From Kiritimatiellia bacterium (lineage in GTDB: Bacteria; Verrucomicrobiota; Kiritimatiellia; RFP12; UBA3636): DNA of 64,000 nucleotides. The position numbers and the translations under genes were made by a program. Of this stretch, positions 37,629 to 48,097 are shown one piece after another; positions within the stretch are counted from its first letter, which is position 1; each line of letters begins with the position of its first letter. The DNA is taken from NCBI GenBank assembly GCA_017481725.1, contig JAFUOX010000043.1:12757-76756 (forward strand), in the 5' to 3' direction. The notes below the pieces were generated by a model. It saw only the letters and a program-made list of their open reading frames with translations, was not told the DNA's origin and did not search any database.

Positions 37629-39768
37629 GAAGGAAGCGGCTGCCGCACGTATACGCCTAATAGTTATGGGCGTGCTAATGCTAATAGGTGTTTTTTATTT
37701 GCTATTTTGCCTATATGATATTCAAGTGAAGCAAACTCGCACCTTTAAGTCTGCTCAAGAATTTCATTCATTGCGTAGAGTGCGCCTTCCTGCAACGCGA
37801 GGAAAAATATTAGATAGAAATGGTATTGTACTTGCAGATAATAAGCCTTCCTATTGTGTTTCAATTTATCTTGAAGAAATGCGCCAAAAGGGAGCATGGA
37901 CAAATACCATAAATCATGTTGCTGAGCGTCTTGCCGAAATATCTGAAATTGTGGGTGTCCCTTGTGAGGTTGATAAGGAAGGTATTTGGGCTCATATTCG
38001 TCGCCGTAGGGCAATACCTATGGTAGCATTCCGCGGATTAGATGATGTGGCTGTGGCTCGTTTAAGTGAAAATGCAAAGCATATCCGTGGTGTTGATATT
38101 TCTGTTCAAGCAGAGCGTGTATATCCATATGGAGATTTGGCTTGCCATCTAATAGGATATGTGGGAAAAGGCCAACCAGATAATTTAGAGCAAGAACTAA
38201 ATCCAGATGGATTAGAGGATTTTGATGCAGAAAGTCTAGAATATGATTTTCTTTTACCGGATTTTGTTGGCAAGGATGGTGTTGAAAAGGCATGTAATTC
38301 AACATTAGCAGGCGTTGGTGGAGGCGAATTAATTCGCATTAATGCTGTGGGCTACCGTCATGAATCATATATGGGAAAACAACCTGTTCTAGGTAAGGAT
38401 GTTGCCCTAACAATTGATTTACGCTTACAGAAGCTTGCAGAGGAAGCTCTTGATGGAGTTCGTGGAAGTATTATTGTTATGGATTGTGAGACAGGAGAGC
38501 TTCTTGTTGCTGCAAGTGCTCCACGATATGATTTGTCTCGTTTTGTTCCAACACTTTCAGGTAGCTATTGGAAAGAATTATTAAATGATCCAATGCGCCC
38601 ATTGTATGGTCGTGCATGTAGTGGTATTTATGCACCTGGTAGTATTTTTAAACCTCTAGTTGCACTTTCTGCTTTGCGTGAGGGTGTAATAGATGCACAG
38701 ACACATTTTTATTGTAGTGGTAGAATCGAGATAGGAGGGAGTGTTTTCCGTTGTGCTCGCCGTTCAGGTCATGGTGACATCAATTTACGTCAGGCAATCT
38801 GTGGCTCTTGCAATCCATTTTTTATAATAGCTGGAACACGTTTGCATTATGAACCGTATATTTATCAAGATGCATTAGATGTTGGTTTTGGTCAAGCACC
38901 ACAGCTTGAAATTCCTTGCTCAAAGGGAGTGCTTCCTTCCTCCGCGTGGAAGCGTAGGCGTGAGAGAGATGGCTGGCGTGATGGAGATACTGCCAATGTT
39001 TCTATGGGTCAGGGATATCTTTCTGTTAGCCCATTGCAGGTTGCGGTGTATACAGCTGCACTTGCAAACGGTGGTAAGGTGTTGCGCCCTCGCTTGGTTC
39101 TTCCTGAAGGAGGTAAAATAGAAGAGGGAGAAGTGCTTAGACACATGAATTGGAGAAGCCAGGATTTGAATTTGGTCAAGCTTGGTATGTGGGATGTGGT
39201 CAACAGCGGATGGGGAACTGGTCGCAGAGCAAAGCTTGATGGAGTGTCATTAGCAGCAAAAACAGGTACTGCAGAATATATGGATAAAGGTGAAAAGAAA
39301 AAGAATGCTTGGATGATTGGCTTTGCTCCTTTTGAAAAACCAAAATATGCTATTGTTACAATGCAGGAGGATTCAGATGCAGGTGGACTTTCCGCAGCAC
39401 GCTTAATGCGTCAAATGACTCAGGCAATTTTCCTCCCAGATACTGTTCAAGCTAATATTGAAGAACTGGTAGAGGAGGAGCGGAGCTTTGTTGAAATTAA
39501 TGAGGTGGTTCCAGTTGATGCAGATATTGATTTGGAGATACATCCAGAACAGCTTATTATTGAACCAATTTTAATTTCAGAGGAGAATAACTCACAATCA
39601 ACAAATTCTCTTATGCAGATTTCAGCTCCATTGACATCAGAGCAAATAGATTCAATTTATATGGCACCAGAAGATATTCAAGATTCCTCTGAGACCCTGC
39701 CACAATTAGAAATAGATATGCATTCAAATATGCCTCCTAACCAAGAAACAAATGAGGAGGAAGATTAA
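37612..39768 (+). CDS. mrdA: penicillin-binding protein 2 (elongasome transpeptidase) with an acidic C-terminal extension
   Basis: SxxK (GSIFKP), SxN (GSCNPFF) and KTGT motifs. An N-terminal TM anchor is present, and the gene is adjacent to rodA. Confidence 0.88.
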   Translation: MKNLVEKEAAAARIRLIVMGVLMLIGVFYLLFCLYDIQVKQTRTFKSAQEFHSLRRVRLPATRGKILDRNGIVLADNKPSYCVSIYLEEMRQKGAWTNTINHVAERLAEISEIVGVPCEVDKEGIWAHIRRRRAIPMVAFRGLDDVAVARLSENAKHIRGVDISVQAERVYPYGDLACHLIGYVGKGQPDNLEQELNPDGLEDFDAESLEYDFLLPDFVGKDGVEKACNSTLAGVGGGELIRINAVGYRHESYMGKQPVLGKDVALTIDLRLQKLAEEALDGVRGSIIVMDCETGELLVAASAPRYDLSRFVPTLSGSYWKELLNDPMRPLYGRACSGIYAPGSIFKPLVALSALREGVIDAQTHFYCSGRIEIGGSVFRCARRSGHGDINLRQAICGSCNPFFIIAGTRLHYEPYIYQDALDVGFGQAPQLEIPCSKGVLPSSAWKRRRERDGWRDGDTANVSMGQGYLSVSPLQVAVYTAALANGGKVLRPRLVLPEGGKIEEGEVLRHMNWRSQDLNLVKLGMWDVVNSGWGTGRRAKLDGVSLAAKTGTAEYMDKGEKKKNAWMIGFAPFEKPKYAIVTMQEDSDAGGLSAARLMRQMTQAIFLPDTVQANIEELVEEERSFVEINEVVPVDADIDLEIHPEQLIIEPILISEENNSQSTNSLMQISAPLTSEQIDSIYMAPEDIQDSSETLPQLEIDMHSNMPPNQETNEEED

Positions 39769-39769
39769 T

Positions 39770-40975
39770 ATGGTTTTATCAAAATACAAAAAGAATACAT
39801 CAAGCCCAAATAAAGGCTTTAGCTTCCCAAGTTTTAATTGGGTGCTTATGCTATGCATGGGGATTCTTTTAACAATCGGTGTACTATTTGTTAAAAGTGC
39901 AACAAATATGCGCACCGATAGTGTTCATTATCTATATGTTCAGATGCTTATCAAATGGATACCACTCGGTATAATCGCACATTTTGGCATCGCATTCTTT
40001 GATTATCGTAAGCTTTCAGAAAAAGCGTGGCTGTTGTATGCGCTGGGTATCTTTTTGTTAATTCTTGTTTTGATACCAGGAATAGGCACAGCAAGGCTTG
40101 GTGCTCGCCGTTGGATTTTTGGTTTATTTCAACCTTCTGAATTTATGAAGCTGTGTATAATGCCAGCAGCAGCATTGTTATTGGGAAAATATACGGGAAT
40201 AAAGGATAGATATCGCTTCGGTGCAACGCTTGTTGTTTTTGCAATCCCAATGGGTTTAATTGCAATTCAACCGGATTTGGGTAGTGCTATTGTTTTTGTT
40301 CCAGTATGTCTAGCAATGCTTTTTGTTTCTGGCTGCTCGCCACGTCTTCTTCTTACAATATGCTTAGTAGGCGTATTTTGTATTAGTGTAGTTCTTGCTC
40401 TTATTTTGATTCCAGATAAAATGCCAGAGGAAAAGCGAGCAAGGATTGAAAGTGTTACAGATAATTTTATTTTTCCGCACTGGAAAAAACGTGTGAGAGT
40501 TTTTGTTAATCCAGATCATGATCCTTTGGGTGCTGGCTGGAATAAGAAGCAATCCGAAATTGCTGTTGGTAGTGGTGGCAAATATGGAAAAGGCTATCTT
40601 AATGGCACTCAAAATATTCTAGGCTTTTTACCAAGATCTGTATCTTCAACAGATTTTATTTTCTCTGTTATAGCTGAGGAAATGGGGTTTGTTGGAAGTT
40701 GTGTCTTGTTAATTCTTTTCGGTGGCATGCTTATAAGCATTGCCGTAACCGGTATCTTTTGTGGTGACGCCTCTGGCAGATTGATTTGTGCAGGTGTCTC
40801 CGCATTGTTTTTTGCACATATATTTGTCAATATAGCTATGACAATAGGTAAGATGCCTATTACAGGTATTCCACTGCCTTTTATTAGCTATGGAGGCACT
40901 TTTACAATATCAACAATGGCATTGCTCGGATTAGTACAGAGTGTGGCTATACATAGTAAGCCATCTCAATCTTGA
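39770..40975 (+). CDS. rodA: SEDS glycosyltransferase RodA
   Basis: FtsW/RodA/SpoVE family motifs: QPSEFMKL, SDFIFSVIAEEMGF, and PITGIPLPFISYGGT. Confidence 0.9.
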   Translation: MVLSKYKKNTSSPNKGFSFPSFNWVLMLCMGILLTIGVLFVKSATNMRTDSVHYLYVQMLIKWIPLGIIAHFGIAFFDYRKLSEKAWLLYALGIFLLILVLIPGIGTARLGARRWIFGLFQPSEFMKLCIMPAAALLLGKYTGIKDRYRFGATLVVFAIPMGLIAIQPDLGSAIVFVPVCLAMLFVSGCSPRLLLTICLVGVFCISVVLALILIPDKMPEEKRARIESVTDNFIFPHWKKRVRVFVNPDHDPLGAGWNKKQSEIAVGSGGKYGKGYLNGTQNILGFLPRSVSSTDFIFSVIAEEMGFVGSCVLLILFGGMLISIAVTGIFCGDASGRLICAGVSALFFAHIFVNIAMTIGKMPITGIPLPFISYGGTFTISTMALLGLVQSVAIHSKPSQS

Positions 40976-41003
40976 GATGCCAAATTAAAGAAAGAAGATT
41001 CAA

Positions 41004-42623
41004 ATGTTTGGAAGAAATTTTTTCAAATTTAAATGGATTACTAGAGCAAGCAATCACTTGAAACGTGAAATTATCGTTAATTGTGAAAAGCTTGAAACAC
41101 GTGTTGCTGTTCTTGAAAATGGCAAATTGGAAGAATATCAAGTTGAACATCCAATGGATGAGCGCTTTGTTGGTTCAATCTTTAAAGGACGTATTCAAAA
41201 TCTAGAAAATGATTTACAGGCAGCCTTTGTAAATATTGGTATGCGTAAAAATGCTTTTCTACACTATTGGGATATGAACCCAGATGATGATGCTATTCTT
41301 GATGAAGAGGAGATGAGCGAGATTCGCCATAAGCCAAGAAATAAACGCTTCACGAATGAAGAAATAGCAGCTCGCTATCCAATAGGTTCTGTTATCACTG
41401 TGCAGGTTTCAAAGGGTGCAATCGGTACAAAGGGGCCTCGCATCACTGCAAGTCTTTCAATTCCTGGTCGCTACCTAGTGCTCATGCCTAATAGCACCTT
41501 GCGCGGTGTTTCACGCAAAATCGGTGATGCCCATGAGCGTGAGCGCCTAAAGAAAATTTTGACACGTATGCAGAAGTATATTCCTGAGGATTGTGGTCTT
41601 ATTGTTCGCACAGCAGGTATGGGTGTTTCTAAGAGTGCATTTATTAGGGATTTACGCGTTGTCCTTTCAAGCTATTCTGAAATGAAGCAAGCCATTGCGG
41701 AGCAGCCTGCACCATGCTGTGTTTATGAGGAGCCAGATTTGATTATGCGCGTTATTCGCGATTGGATGACAGAGGATGTTGACCGCATTGTAATTGATAA
41801 TCCAGTTGTTTATGAGCGTGTACGTAAGGAGGCTGCGAAGATTTCTCGTAAGGCACGTAATCTTATCACTCTATATGAGGGACATTATCCAATATTTGAT
41901 CATTTTGGAGTTGAGAAGCAGGTGGAGGATGCTTTCCATCGTAAGATACCTCTTCCTTCTGGTGCTTATCTAATTATTGATGAAACAGAAGCATTGATTT
42001 CTGTTGATGTTAATACTGGGCGTCATAAGGGTAAAGGCTCTCAAGAGGAAGCAATTCTTGAGGTAAACCTTGAGGCAGTGGAAGAGGTCGCTCGCCAATT
42101 GCGCTTACGTAATATTGGTGGCTTGGTAGTGCTTGATCTTATTGATATGAAGTCACGTAAGCACCAGCAACAGGTATATCGTGCATTCAAAAATGCCCTC
42201 CGCCGCGATAAGGCCCGCACAAATGTTATGCAAATTTCAGAGCTCGGACTTCTTGAAATGACTCGCCAACGTTTTGATGCAAGTATTCAATCTCAGATGA
42301 ATTTAGATTGCCCATATTGCCATGGTCGTGGTATAATAAAGTCACCTTTACAGCTAAGTATCGATGTTCAACGTCGCCTTCGCTCTTTGGTAAGCTTGTT
42401 TAAAGCAGAGCGCCGCGAGGTAGATATCCAAGTTTGCATTCATCCTTCTGTGTTAGATCGTATTCGTACAGAAGATGGTGATTTAATCCGTGAGCTTCAG
42501 GATAACTATAAGGGAAGACTCTCCTTTAAGGCAGACCCAATGCGCCAGGCTGAGAGTTTTTCAATTATTGATGTAAAATCATCTCAAATACTATTTAGTA
42601 CAGGTGATCAGAAGCAGATTTAA
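41004..42623 (+). CDS. rng: ribonuclease G / RNase E-G family
   Basis: An N-terminal S1 domain (GSIFKGRIQNLENDLQAAFVNIG) and the catalytic region LIIDETEALISVDVNTG...NLEA..E.ARQLRLRNIGGLVVLDLIDM. Confidence 0.85.
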   Translation: MFGRNFFKFKWITRASNHLKREIIVNCEKLETRVAVLENGKLEEYQVEHPMDERFVGSIFKGRIQNLENDLQAAFVNIGMRKNAFLHYWDMNPDDDAILDEEEMSEIRHKPRNKRFTNEEIAARYPIGSVITVQVSKGAIGTKGPRITASLSIPGRYLVLMPNSTLRGVSRKIGDAHERERLKKILTRMQKYIPEDCGLIVRTAGMGVSKSAFIRDLRVVLSSYSEMKQAIAEQPAPCCVYEEPDLIMRVIRDWMTEDVDRIVIDNPVVYERVRKEAAKISRKARNLITLYEGHYPIFDHFGVEKQVEDAFHRKIPLPSGAYLIIDETEALISVDVNTGRHKGKGSQEEAILEVNLEAVEEVARQLRLRNIGGLVVLDLIDMKSRKHQQQVYRAFKNALRRDKARTNVMQISELGLLEMTRQRFDASIQSQMNLDCPYCHGRGIIKSPLQLSIDVQRRLRSLVSLFKAERREVDIQVCIHPSVLDRIRTEDGDLIRELQDNYKGRLSFKADPMRQAESFSIIDVKSSQILFSTGDQKQI

Positions 42624-42666
42624 TGTATGTTGTGTTTGTTAAAAAATAAATAACAAGGATAAAACA

Positions 42667-43419
42667 ATGAAAGAAAAAACATCAAAAGTAAAAATGTTTG
42701 CTAATTGTGCATTTGCTGCAATAGCTATTTGTGCAATGGCATTTGCTGGTTGTGCAAAGGAAGAAAAAGTTCTTCATATGGTTACAGAGGCAACCTTCCC
42801 TCCATACGAATTTCGTGAGGGTGGTAAGATTGTTGGTATCGATGTTGATATCGTAACAGAGGCAGCACGCCGCATCGGTTATGAGGTTGAAATTCAGGAT
42901 ATGTCTTTCAATTCTGTTATTGCAGCTGTTCAGACAGGAAAGGCTGACATTGCAGCATCAGGTATTACTGTTACAGAGGAGCGTAAAAAGCAGGTTAATT
43001 TTACAATTCCATATGTTACAGCTAAGCAGGTAATTCTTGTACCAGTTGATTCTCCTATTCAGTCTGCAGAAGATTTGAAGGGTAAGCGCATTGGTGTTCA
43101 GCAGAGCACAACAGGTGATATTTATGTAACTGAGAATATCGGCGATCCAGAGCGCTTTGAGAATTCAGCTATTCTTGTTGCTACACTTGTTGCTGGTAAG
43201 CTAGATGCAGGTGTGCTTGATGGAGATCCTGCTAAGGAGTATGTAAAGACAAATCCTCAGCTTCATATCCTAAAGGAAGCATTGACTTTTGAGGATTACG
43301 CTTTTGCAATCAGCAAGAAGAATCCTGAGTTATTGGATAAGTTCAATAAGGCAATGCAAGAAATGACAGATGATGGCACAATGGCTGCTATCTTTGCAAA
43401 GTATAGCGATAAGGAATAA
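42667..43419 (+). CDS. amino-acid ABC transporter substrate-binding lipoprotein (family 3 SBP)
   Basis: A lipobox (FAGC). [18 protein letters not shown] and [17 protein letters not shown] motifs are present. Confidence 0.85.
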   Translation: MKEKTSKVKMFANCAFAAIAICAMAFAGCAKEEKVLHMVTEATFPPYEFREGGKIVGIDVDIVTEAARRIGYEVEIQDMSFNSVIAAVQTGKADIAASGITVTEERKKQVNFTIPYVTAKQVILVPVDSPIQSAEDLKGKRIGVQQSTTGDIYVTENIGDPERFENSAILVATLVAGKLDAGVLDGDPAKEYVKTNPQLHILKEALTFEDYAFAISKKNPELLDKFNKAMQEMTDDGTMAAIFAKYSDKE

Positions 43420-43443
43420 TTAATATTGTTCCTCTAATACAAT

Positions 43444-43483
43444 AAAAAACCTAAATCTTGCATCTGTGAGATTTAGGTTTTTT
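43444..43483 (+). terminator. intrinsic terminator after the free SBP gene
   Basis: A 15-bp stem AAAAAACCTAAATCT / AGATTTAGGTTTTTT with a 10-nt loop. Confidence 0.75.
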
Positions 43484-43735
43484 GTTTGTAAGTCTAGATA
43501 TCACCATACAAAATGTCCGTAAACCATCTGAATCGCTATTTTAGGCAAAATAAAGCACATGATTAGTTGGTAAATATGGTAGATATGCATATGCTTTTTT
43601 TACAGAAATTTCTTTCTTCTTTAATAATGTATGATTTTGTGCTACAATAAACTAAATTTTTAGTTTATTTTTTTGTTTCATAAATCAAATAGAAGTTTAA
43701 GCCGATTTTAGATGCTTTTTTATTAGGAGAAGTAA

Positions 43736-45205
43736 ATGAATATAAAATTAATTCTGGGTACATTGTGTATTACCGCTTTAACTGTTTTTGGAAACGTATC
43801 AAAAGCAGTTAATGTAGAGGAGGCACAGACAAAAACCCTTCGTATGGTAACAGAGGCAACATTTCCACCATATGAATATCGTGAGAATGGAAGAATTATC
43901 GGCATCGATCCAGATGTCGTTCGTGAGATAGCACGCCGCAATGGCTATGCACTTGTGATAGAGGATATGCCATTTAATTCAATTATTGCAGCGGTTCAGT
44001 CTGGTAAGGCAGATATTGCAGCATCAGGTATTACAATTACAGAGGATAGGAAAAAGATTGTTAATTTTTCTGATCCATATATTACTGCTGGTCAGTCAAT
44101 AATTATTTCAAAGAATTCAACTATTAAGTCTGCTGCAGATTTAAAGGGTAAGCGCATTGGTGTTCAAAGTGGAACTACAGGTGATATATATGTAGCAGAA
44201 AATATTGGTGAGCCAGAGCGTTTTGATAATGCAGCACTAGTATGTGCAGCAATCTCATCTGGTAGGCTTGATGCCGGTGTTGTAGACACTGCTCCTGCGA
44301 AGGAATTTGTAAAACGCAGCGAAGATATAAAAATGCTTCCAGAGCCTTTAACCTCAGAGGAATATGCTTTTGCTATAAATAAAAATCGCACAGATTTGCT
44401 AGAAATGATTAATACAACTCTAGTAGAAATGAAGGATGAAGGCTTAATTAAGCATATAGTTGCAAAGCATGAGAAAAATGTCACTAAGGATACCGAGGAA
44501 ATCAAAGAAACAGGCTTTTGGGCTGATTTTAAGGATGATTTTCATACCAACTTTGTTGATGATGATCGCTATTTGTATTTGTTAAATGGATTTGTTAAGA
44601 CAATAGAAATTTCTGCTGGTGCCGTTGTCCTCGGTATCATGATTGGTTTCTTGGTCGCAGTTATTCGAAGTGCTGCAGATCAGACAGGTAAATTAAAAAT
44701 CGCAAATTTGATTTGTAAATTTTATCTAACTGTTATCCGTGGTACTCCAGTTGTCGTTCAGCTATTGATTATCTATTTTGTTATCTTTGGTTCTGTTGAC
44801 ATAAACAAAGTGGTAATTGCAATTATTGCATTCGGTCTAAATTCTGGTGCATATGTTGCTGAAATTATTCGTTCTGGAATTATGTCTATTGATAAAGGAC
44901 AGCTTGAGGCTGGGCGTAGCCTTGGCTTGTCATATCCAAAGACAATGATTTTAATTATTCTTCCTCAAGCATTTAAGAATGTTCTTCCTGCTTTAGGTAA
45001 TGAATTTATTGTGCTTTTGAAGGAAACAAGTATTTCTGGTTATATTGCCCTTGAAGATTTGACAAAGGGTGGTGATATTATCCGAGGACAAACATATAAT
45101 GCATTTGTTCCATTGATGGCGGTTGCTATAATCTACCTAACGGTGGTTATATTCCTATCAAAATTACTCACATTGCTTGAAAAACGTTTGAAGAGAAATG
45201 AATAA
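43736..45205 (+). CDS. fused substrate-binding domain + permease of an amino-acid ABC transporter (GlnP-like)
   Basis: The N-terminal about 250 aa are paralogous to 42667..43419. The C-terminal half has the polar-amino-acid permease EAA-type motif ([22 protein letters not shown]). Confidence 0.85.
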   Translation: MNIKLILGTLCITALTVFGNVSKAVNVEEAQTKTLRMVTEATFPPYEYRENGRIIGIDPDVVREIARRNGYALVIEDMPFNSIIAAVQSGKADIAASGITITEDRKKIVNFSDPYITAGQSIIISKNSTIKSAADLKGKRIGVQSGTTGDIYVAENIGEPERFDNAALVCAAISSGRLDAGVVDTAPAKEFVKRSEDIKMLPEPLTSEEYAFAINKNRTDLLEMINTTLVEMKDEGLIKHIVAKHEKNVTKDTEEIKETGFWADFKDDFHTNFVDDDRYLYLLNGFVKTIEISAGAVVLGIMIGFLVAVIRSAADQTGKLKIANLICKFYLTVIRGTPVVVQLLIIYFVIFGSVDINKVVIAIIAFGLNSGAYVAEIIRSGIMSIDKGQLEAGRSLGLSYPKTMILIILPQAFKNVLPALGNEFIVLLKETSISGYIALEDLTKGGDIIRGQTYNAFVPLMAVAIIYLTVVIFLSKLLTLLEKRLKRNE

Positions 45206-45240
45206 ATTTGGTAGGTAAGAATAATTTAGGAGATAATATT

Positions 45241-45987
45241 ATGGAAAACAATCCAGTAATTTTTGAAGTTAAGAATTTAGTTAAGAAATATGCCAAGGTG
45301 CATGCTGTAAATGGTGCTTCTGCTGCAATTAAGAAGGGTGAGGCAGTTTTTATCGTTGGACCATCAGGCTCAGGTAAAAGTACATTTCTTCGTTGCCTAA
45401 ATAAATTGGAGCATCCAACCTCTGGAGAAATATTGTTTCACGGCAAAAAGGTGTCGGATAATCCTCGTGCAGAGAATCATTTCCGAGAAAATGTTGGTAT
45501 GGTTTTTCAGCATTTTAACCTATTCCCTCATCTAACCATTAAAGAAAATATTACTCTTGCACCAATTCAAACAAAGCGCCTTACAAAGGCGGAAGCAAGT
45601 GCTGTGGCAGATGAGCTATTAGCTCGTATTGGTTTAGCAGATAAGGCAGATGCTTATCCTCTGCAGCTTTCTGGCGGTCAAAAGCAACGCGTTGCTATCA
45701 TTCGAGCATTGGCGATGAAACCAGAGGTGATTCTTTTTGATGAACCAACAAGTGCTCTTGATCCAGAGATGGTTGGCGAGGTGCTTTCATTGATGAATGA
45801 CCTTGCGAAAGAGGGCATGACAATGATTGTTGTTACTCATGAGATTGGATTTGCATGTGAGGTGGCAGATAGAATAATCTTCATGGATAATGGCAAAATT
45901 ATTGAAGAGGGCTCTCCTGTGGATGTTACCAAGAATTCTCAAAATCCACGAGTTCGAGATTTCTTCCAGAAAATTCTAAATGTCTAA
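45241..45987 (+). CDS. glnQ: amino-acid ABC transporter ATP-binding protein
   Basis: Walker [10 protein letters not shown], signature LSGGQKQR and Walker [12 protein letters not shown]. The ATG at 45241 is preferred over the TTG-type 45208. Confidence 0.92.
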   Translation: MENNPVIFEVKNLVKKYAKVHAVNGASAAIKKGEAVFIVGPSGSGKSTFLRCLNKLEHPTSGEILFHGKKVSDNPRAENHFRENVGMVFQHFNLFPHLTIKENITLAPIQTKRLTKAEASAVADELLARIGLADKADAYPLQLSGGQKQRVAIIRALAMKPEVILFDEPTSALDPEMVGEVLSLMNDLAKEGMTMIVVTHEIGFACEVADRIIFMDNGKIIEEGSPVDVTKNSQNPRVRDFFQKILNV

Positions 45988-46022
45988 AAAAAGTGCGGCT
46001 TCTGCCGCACTTTTTTTAGACA
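45981..46022. terminator. bidirectional-looking intrinsic terminator (42-nt palindrome)
   Basis: TGTCT-A7-GTGCGGC-ttct-GCCGCAC-T7-AGACA. It overlaps the glnQ stop codon. Confidence 0.85.
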
Positions 46023-46204
46023 TTCTATAACCAATTTTTATGTGATTGGGTTTAACTGTCAAATAAAAAAAGTAACTAAACTCTAATAGCAGTATAACCT
46101 CAATAGCCGCTGCACTCTAGAAAACAAGCACTTGTTTTATTTGCTTCCTTTTTGATATAATAATGTTGTCTTGCTAGCAGTTTAAAATGGAGTAATTTGT
46201 TAAA

Positions 46205-48055
46205 ATGCTTTATGCTATAGTCTCAGATATACATGGTAATTATAATGCATGGGCCGCAGTGCTTGAGGATGCTCGAGCTATTGGGGTTGGCCGTATTGTA
46301 TGTTTGGGAGATGTAGTAGGGTATGGTCCAGAGCCAGGCCGATGCGTCCAATCAATTCGCGATGTTGCTCACGCATGTGTACTTGGCAATCATGATGCTG
46401 TAATTACCAAAAAATTGGATTCAATTGCATTTAATGACCATGCTCGTAAATTGATTGAGTGGACTGAACTACAATTAAATCCAGAAGAAATTGATTATTT
46501 AAATCAACTTGATTATGAGTTCTCAGAGGATTGTTTCCGCTGTGTTCATGGAGATTGTGATGCTCCACAAGAATTCAATTATATTGTAGATTGTGATGAT
46601 GCAAAATTAACTTGGGAGCGTACTTCTGAACAAATTATTTTCTGCGGACATAGTCATATCCCAGCTGTTTTTGTTGCTACAAATAATTATGAGGAAATGT
46701 GTGCTCTGCCTCCTCAAGATTTTTCTCTTGAGGATAGTAACCGTTATATTGTAAATGTTGGCTCTGTAGGTTCTCCTCGTGATGATGATTTGAGAGCAAG
46801 CTATGTCTTGTTTGATTCGGAAACAAAATCTGTATTCTTCCGTCGCGTTTGTTATAATTTTGATGAATTTCGTGCACGGGTAAAATTTGTTGGCTTGAAT
46901 GAAAACGACGTTCCTCTCCTTTGTTATGTTCTAGAGGAGGAGCCAGCAGATCATATTACCCTTGAGGAAGAAATTTCAAAAGCAGAAATTGTTGTTACAA
47001 ACGAAGCATCTGACTTGGCAAAGACTGTTCATCTTCATGAAATTGATTTGTCCGATATTTTAAAAAATGCTAATGCACCAACATTAGGAAATATAAAGGG
47101 TAATGCTAGTTCGGTTAAAAATTCAAAGAAGCTTAAAATTTTTATTAAAAAAGAAAATAACCAGACTGCTAAGGAGACAAAGAATTTCAAAGAAGCACCA
47201 AAAGCGGAGGCTCCAACAGTTTTGCATCATAAGCCAGGTGCTCGCACTAATAAGGCTGTTTTAACTGAAAAAAATAACTCTCATTCTAATAACTCAAAAA
47301 ACAAATCAAACCCTACTTTAGAATCTAAATACCTAAGACATGTTAATGCAGCTGAGAGAGCTCCAGCTAAGCTATATATTTTTATTGCTGTTTTAGTTCT
47401 TATAATAATTGTTTTTGCTAGTGTTTTCTATACAAGTGCATTTCCAAATCAAGGTCATGTTGTCAGGTATCCAAATGAAAATTTGACTATTGTTAAAACA
47501 CATGATAAATCAGAATTAGAAAATCTATTGCCTGAAATTTGGATGAGCTCTGAAAATCATAATACCATTGCTCCATATAGGCTTACCACGTCAGATAAAG
47601 TTATTGTTTCTTTTGACAATATTGATGGAATTTATGGTGCTGAATTAATTTTACAAAATGTTGAAAATCAATTTCATCAAATTTGTTTTGAATCTCCGTA
47701 TATAGAAATTGACCCAAAAGGAAAATATTTAATCTTAGCAAAGGTGTTTTTTGAACATGATAATATCGATGGAGACCTGACTATGCAGTTGGTCCATTCA
47801 GATGATTCAAATTTATATTCTGCATTACCAAGTGAAAAAATTACCAAATTTTACAAAAAAGAAATTTCAAAAAAACTCTACAAAACAAAAGATATACCTA
47901 AATGTTTTAAATATCGCCCTTCAAGTGCCGGTTGGTGGCTAGCACAGCGTACTGTAGAAGGCAAAGAGTTGAATAAATATATGCGAGTTATTGTTCGTGG
48001 CAATTTTAAAGGAAGAATATCAATTGGTGGAATATCAATTCAAAGAATTGATTAG
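46205..48055 (+). CDS. calcineurin-like metallophosphoesterase fused via a TM helix to an unknown C-terminal domain
   Basis: SDIHGN, LGDVVGYGP, GNHD and GHSH motifs in aa 1-240. A K/N-rich linker and a TM helix (LYIFIAVLVLIIIVFASVFY) follow, then about 210 aa with no recognisable family. Confidence 0.7.
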   Translation: MLYAIVSDIHGNYNAWAAVLEDARAIGVGRIVCLGDVVGYGPEPGRCVQSIRDVAHACVLGNHDAVITKKLDSIAFNDHARKLIEWTELQLNPEEIDYLNQLDYEFSEDCFRCVHGDCDAPQEFNYIVDCDDAKLTWERTSEQIIFCGHSHIPAVFVATNNYEEMCALPPQDFSLEDSNRYIVNVGSVGSPRDDDLRASYVLFDSETKSVFFRRVCYNFDEFRARVKFVGLNENDVPLLCYVLEEEPADHITLEEEISKAEIVVTNEASDLAKTVHLHEIDLSDILKNANAPTLGNIKGNASSVKNSKKLKIFIKKENNQTAKETKNFKEAPKAEAPTVLHHKPGARTNKAVLTEKNNSHSNNSKNKSNPTLESKYLRHVNAAERAPAKLYIFIAVLVLIIIVFASVFYTSAFPNQGHVVRYPNENLTIVKTHDKSELENLLPEIWMSSENHNTIAPYRLTTSDKVIVSFDNIDGIYGAELILQNVENQFHQICFESPYIEIDPKGKYLILAKVFFEHDNIDGDLTMQLVHSDDSNLYSALPSEKITKFYKKEISKKLYKTKDIPKCFKYRPSSAGWWLAQRTVEGKELNKYMRVIVRGNFKGRISIGGISIQRID

Positions 48056-48097
48056 GAACTTTGTTTTATGAGTGAGGGTTTTTTTATTGATATAGCA

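Noticed and set aside
43646-43669. AT-only hairpin (AATAAACTAAA / TTTAGTTTATT) upstream of the fused SBP-permease gene
   Set aside because: It has a single G-C pair and a 2-nt loop, so it is thermodynamically marginal. Such pairings are expected by chance in AT-rich spacers.
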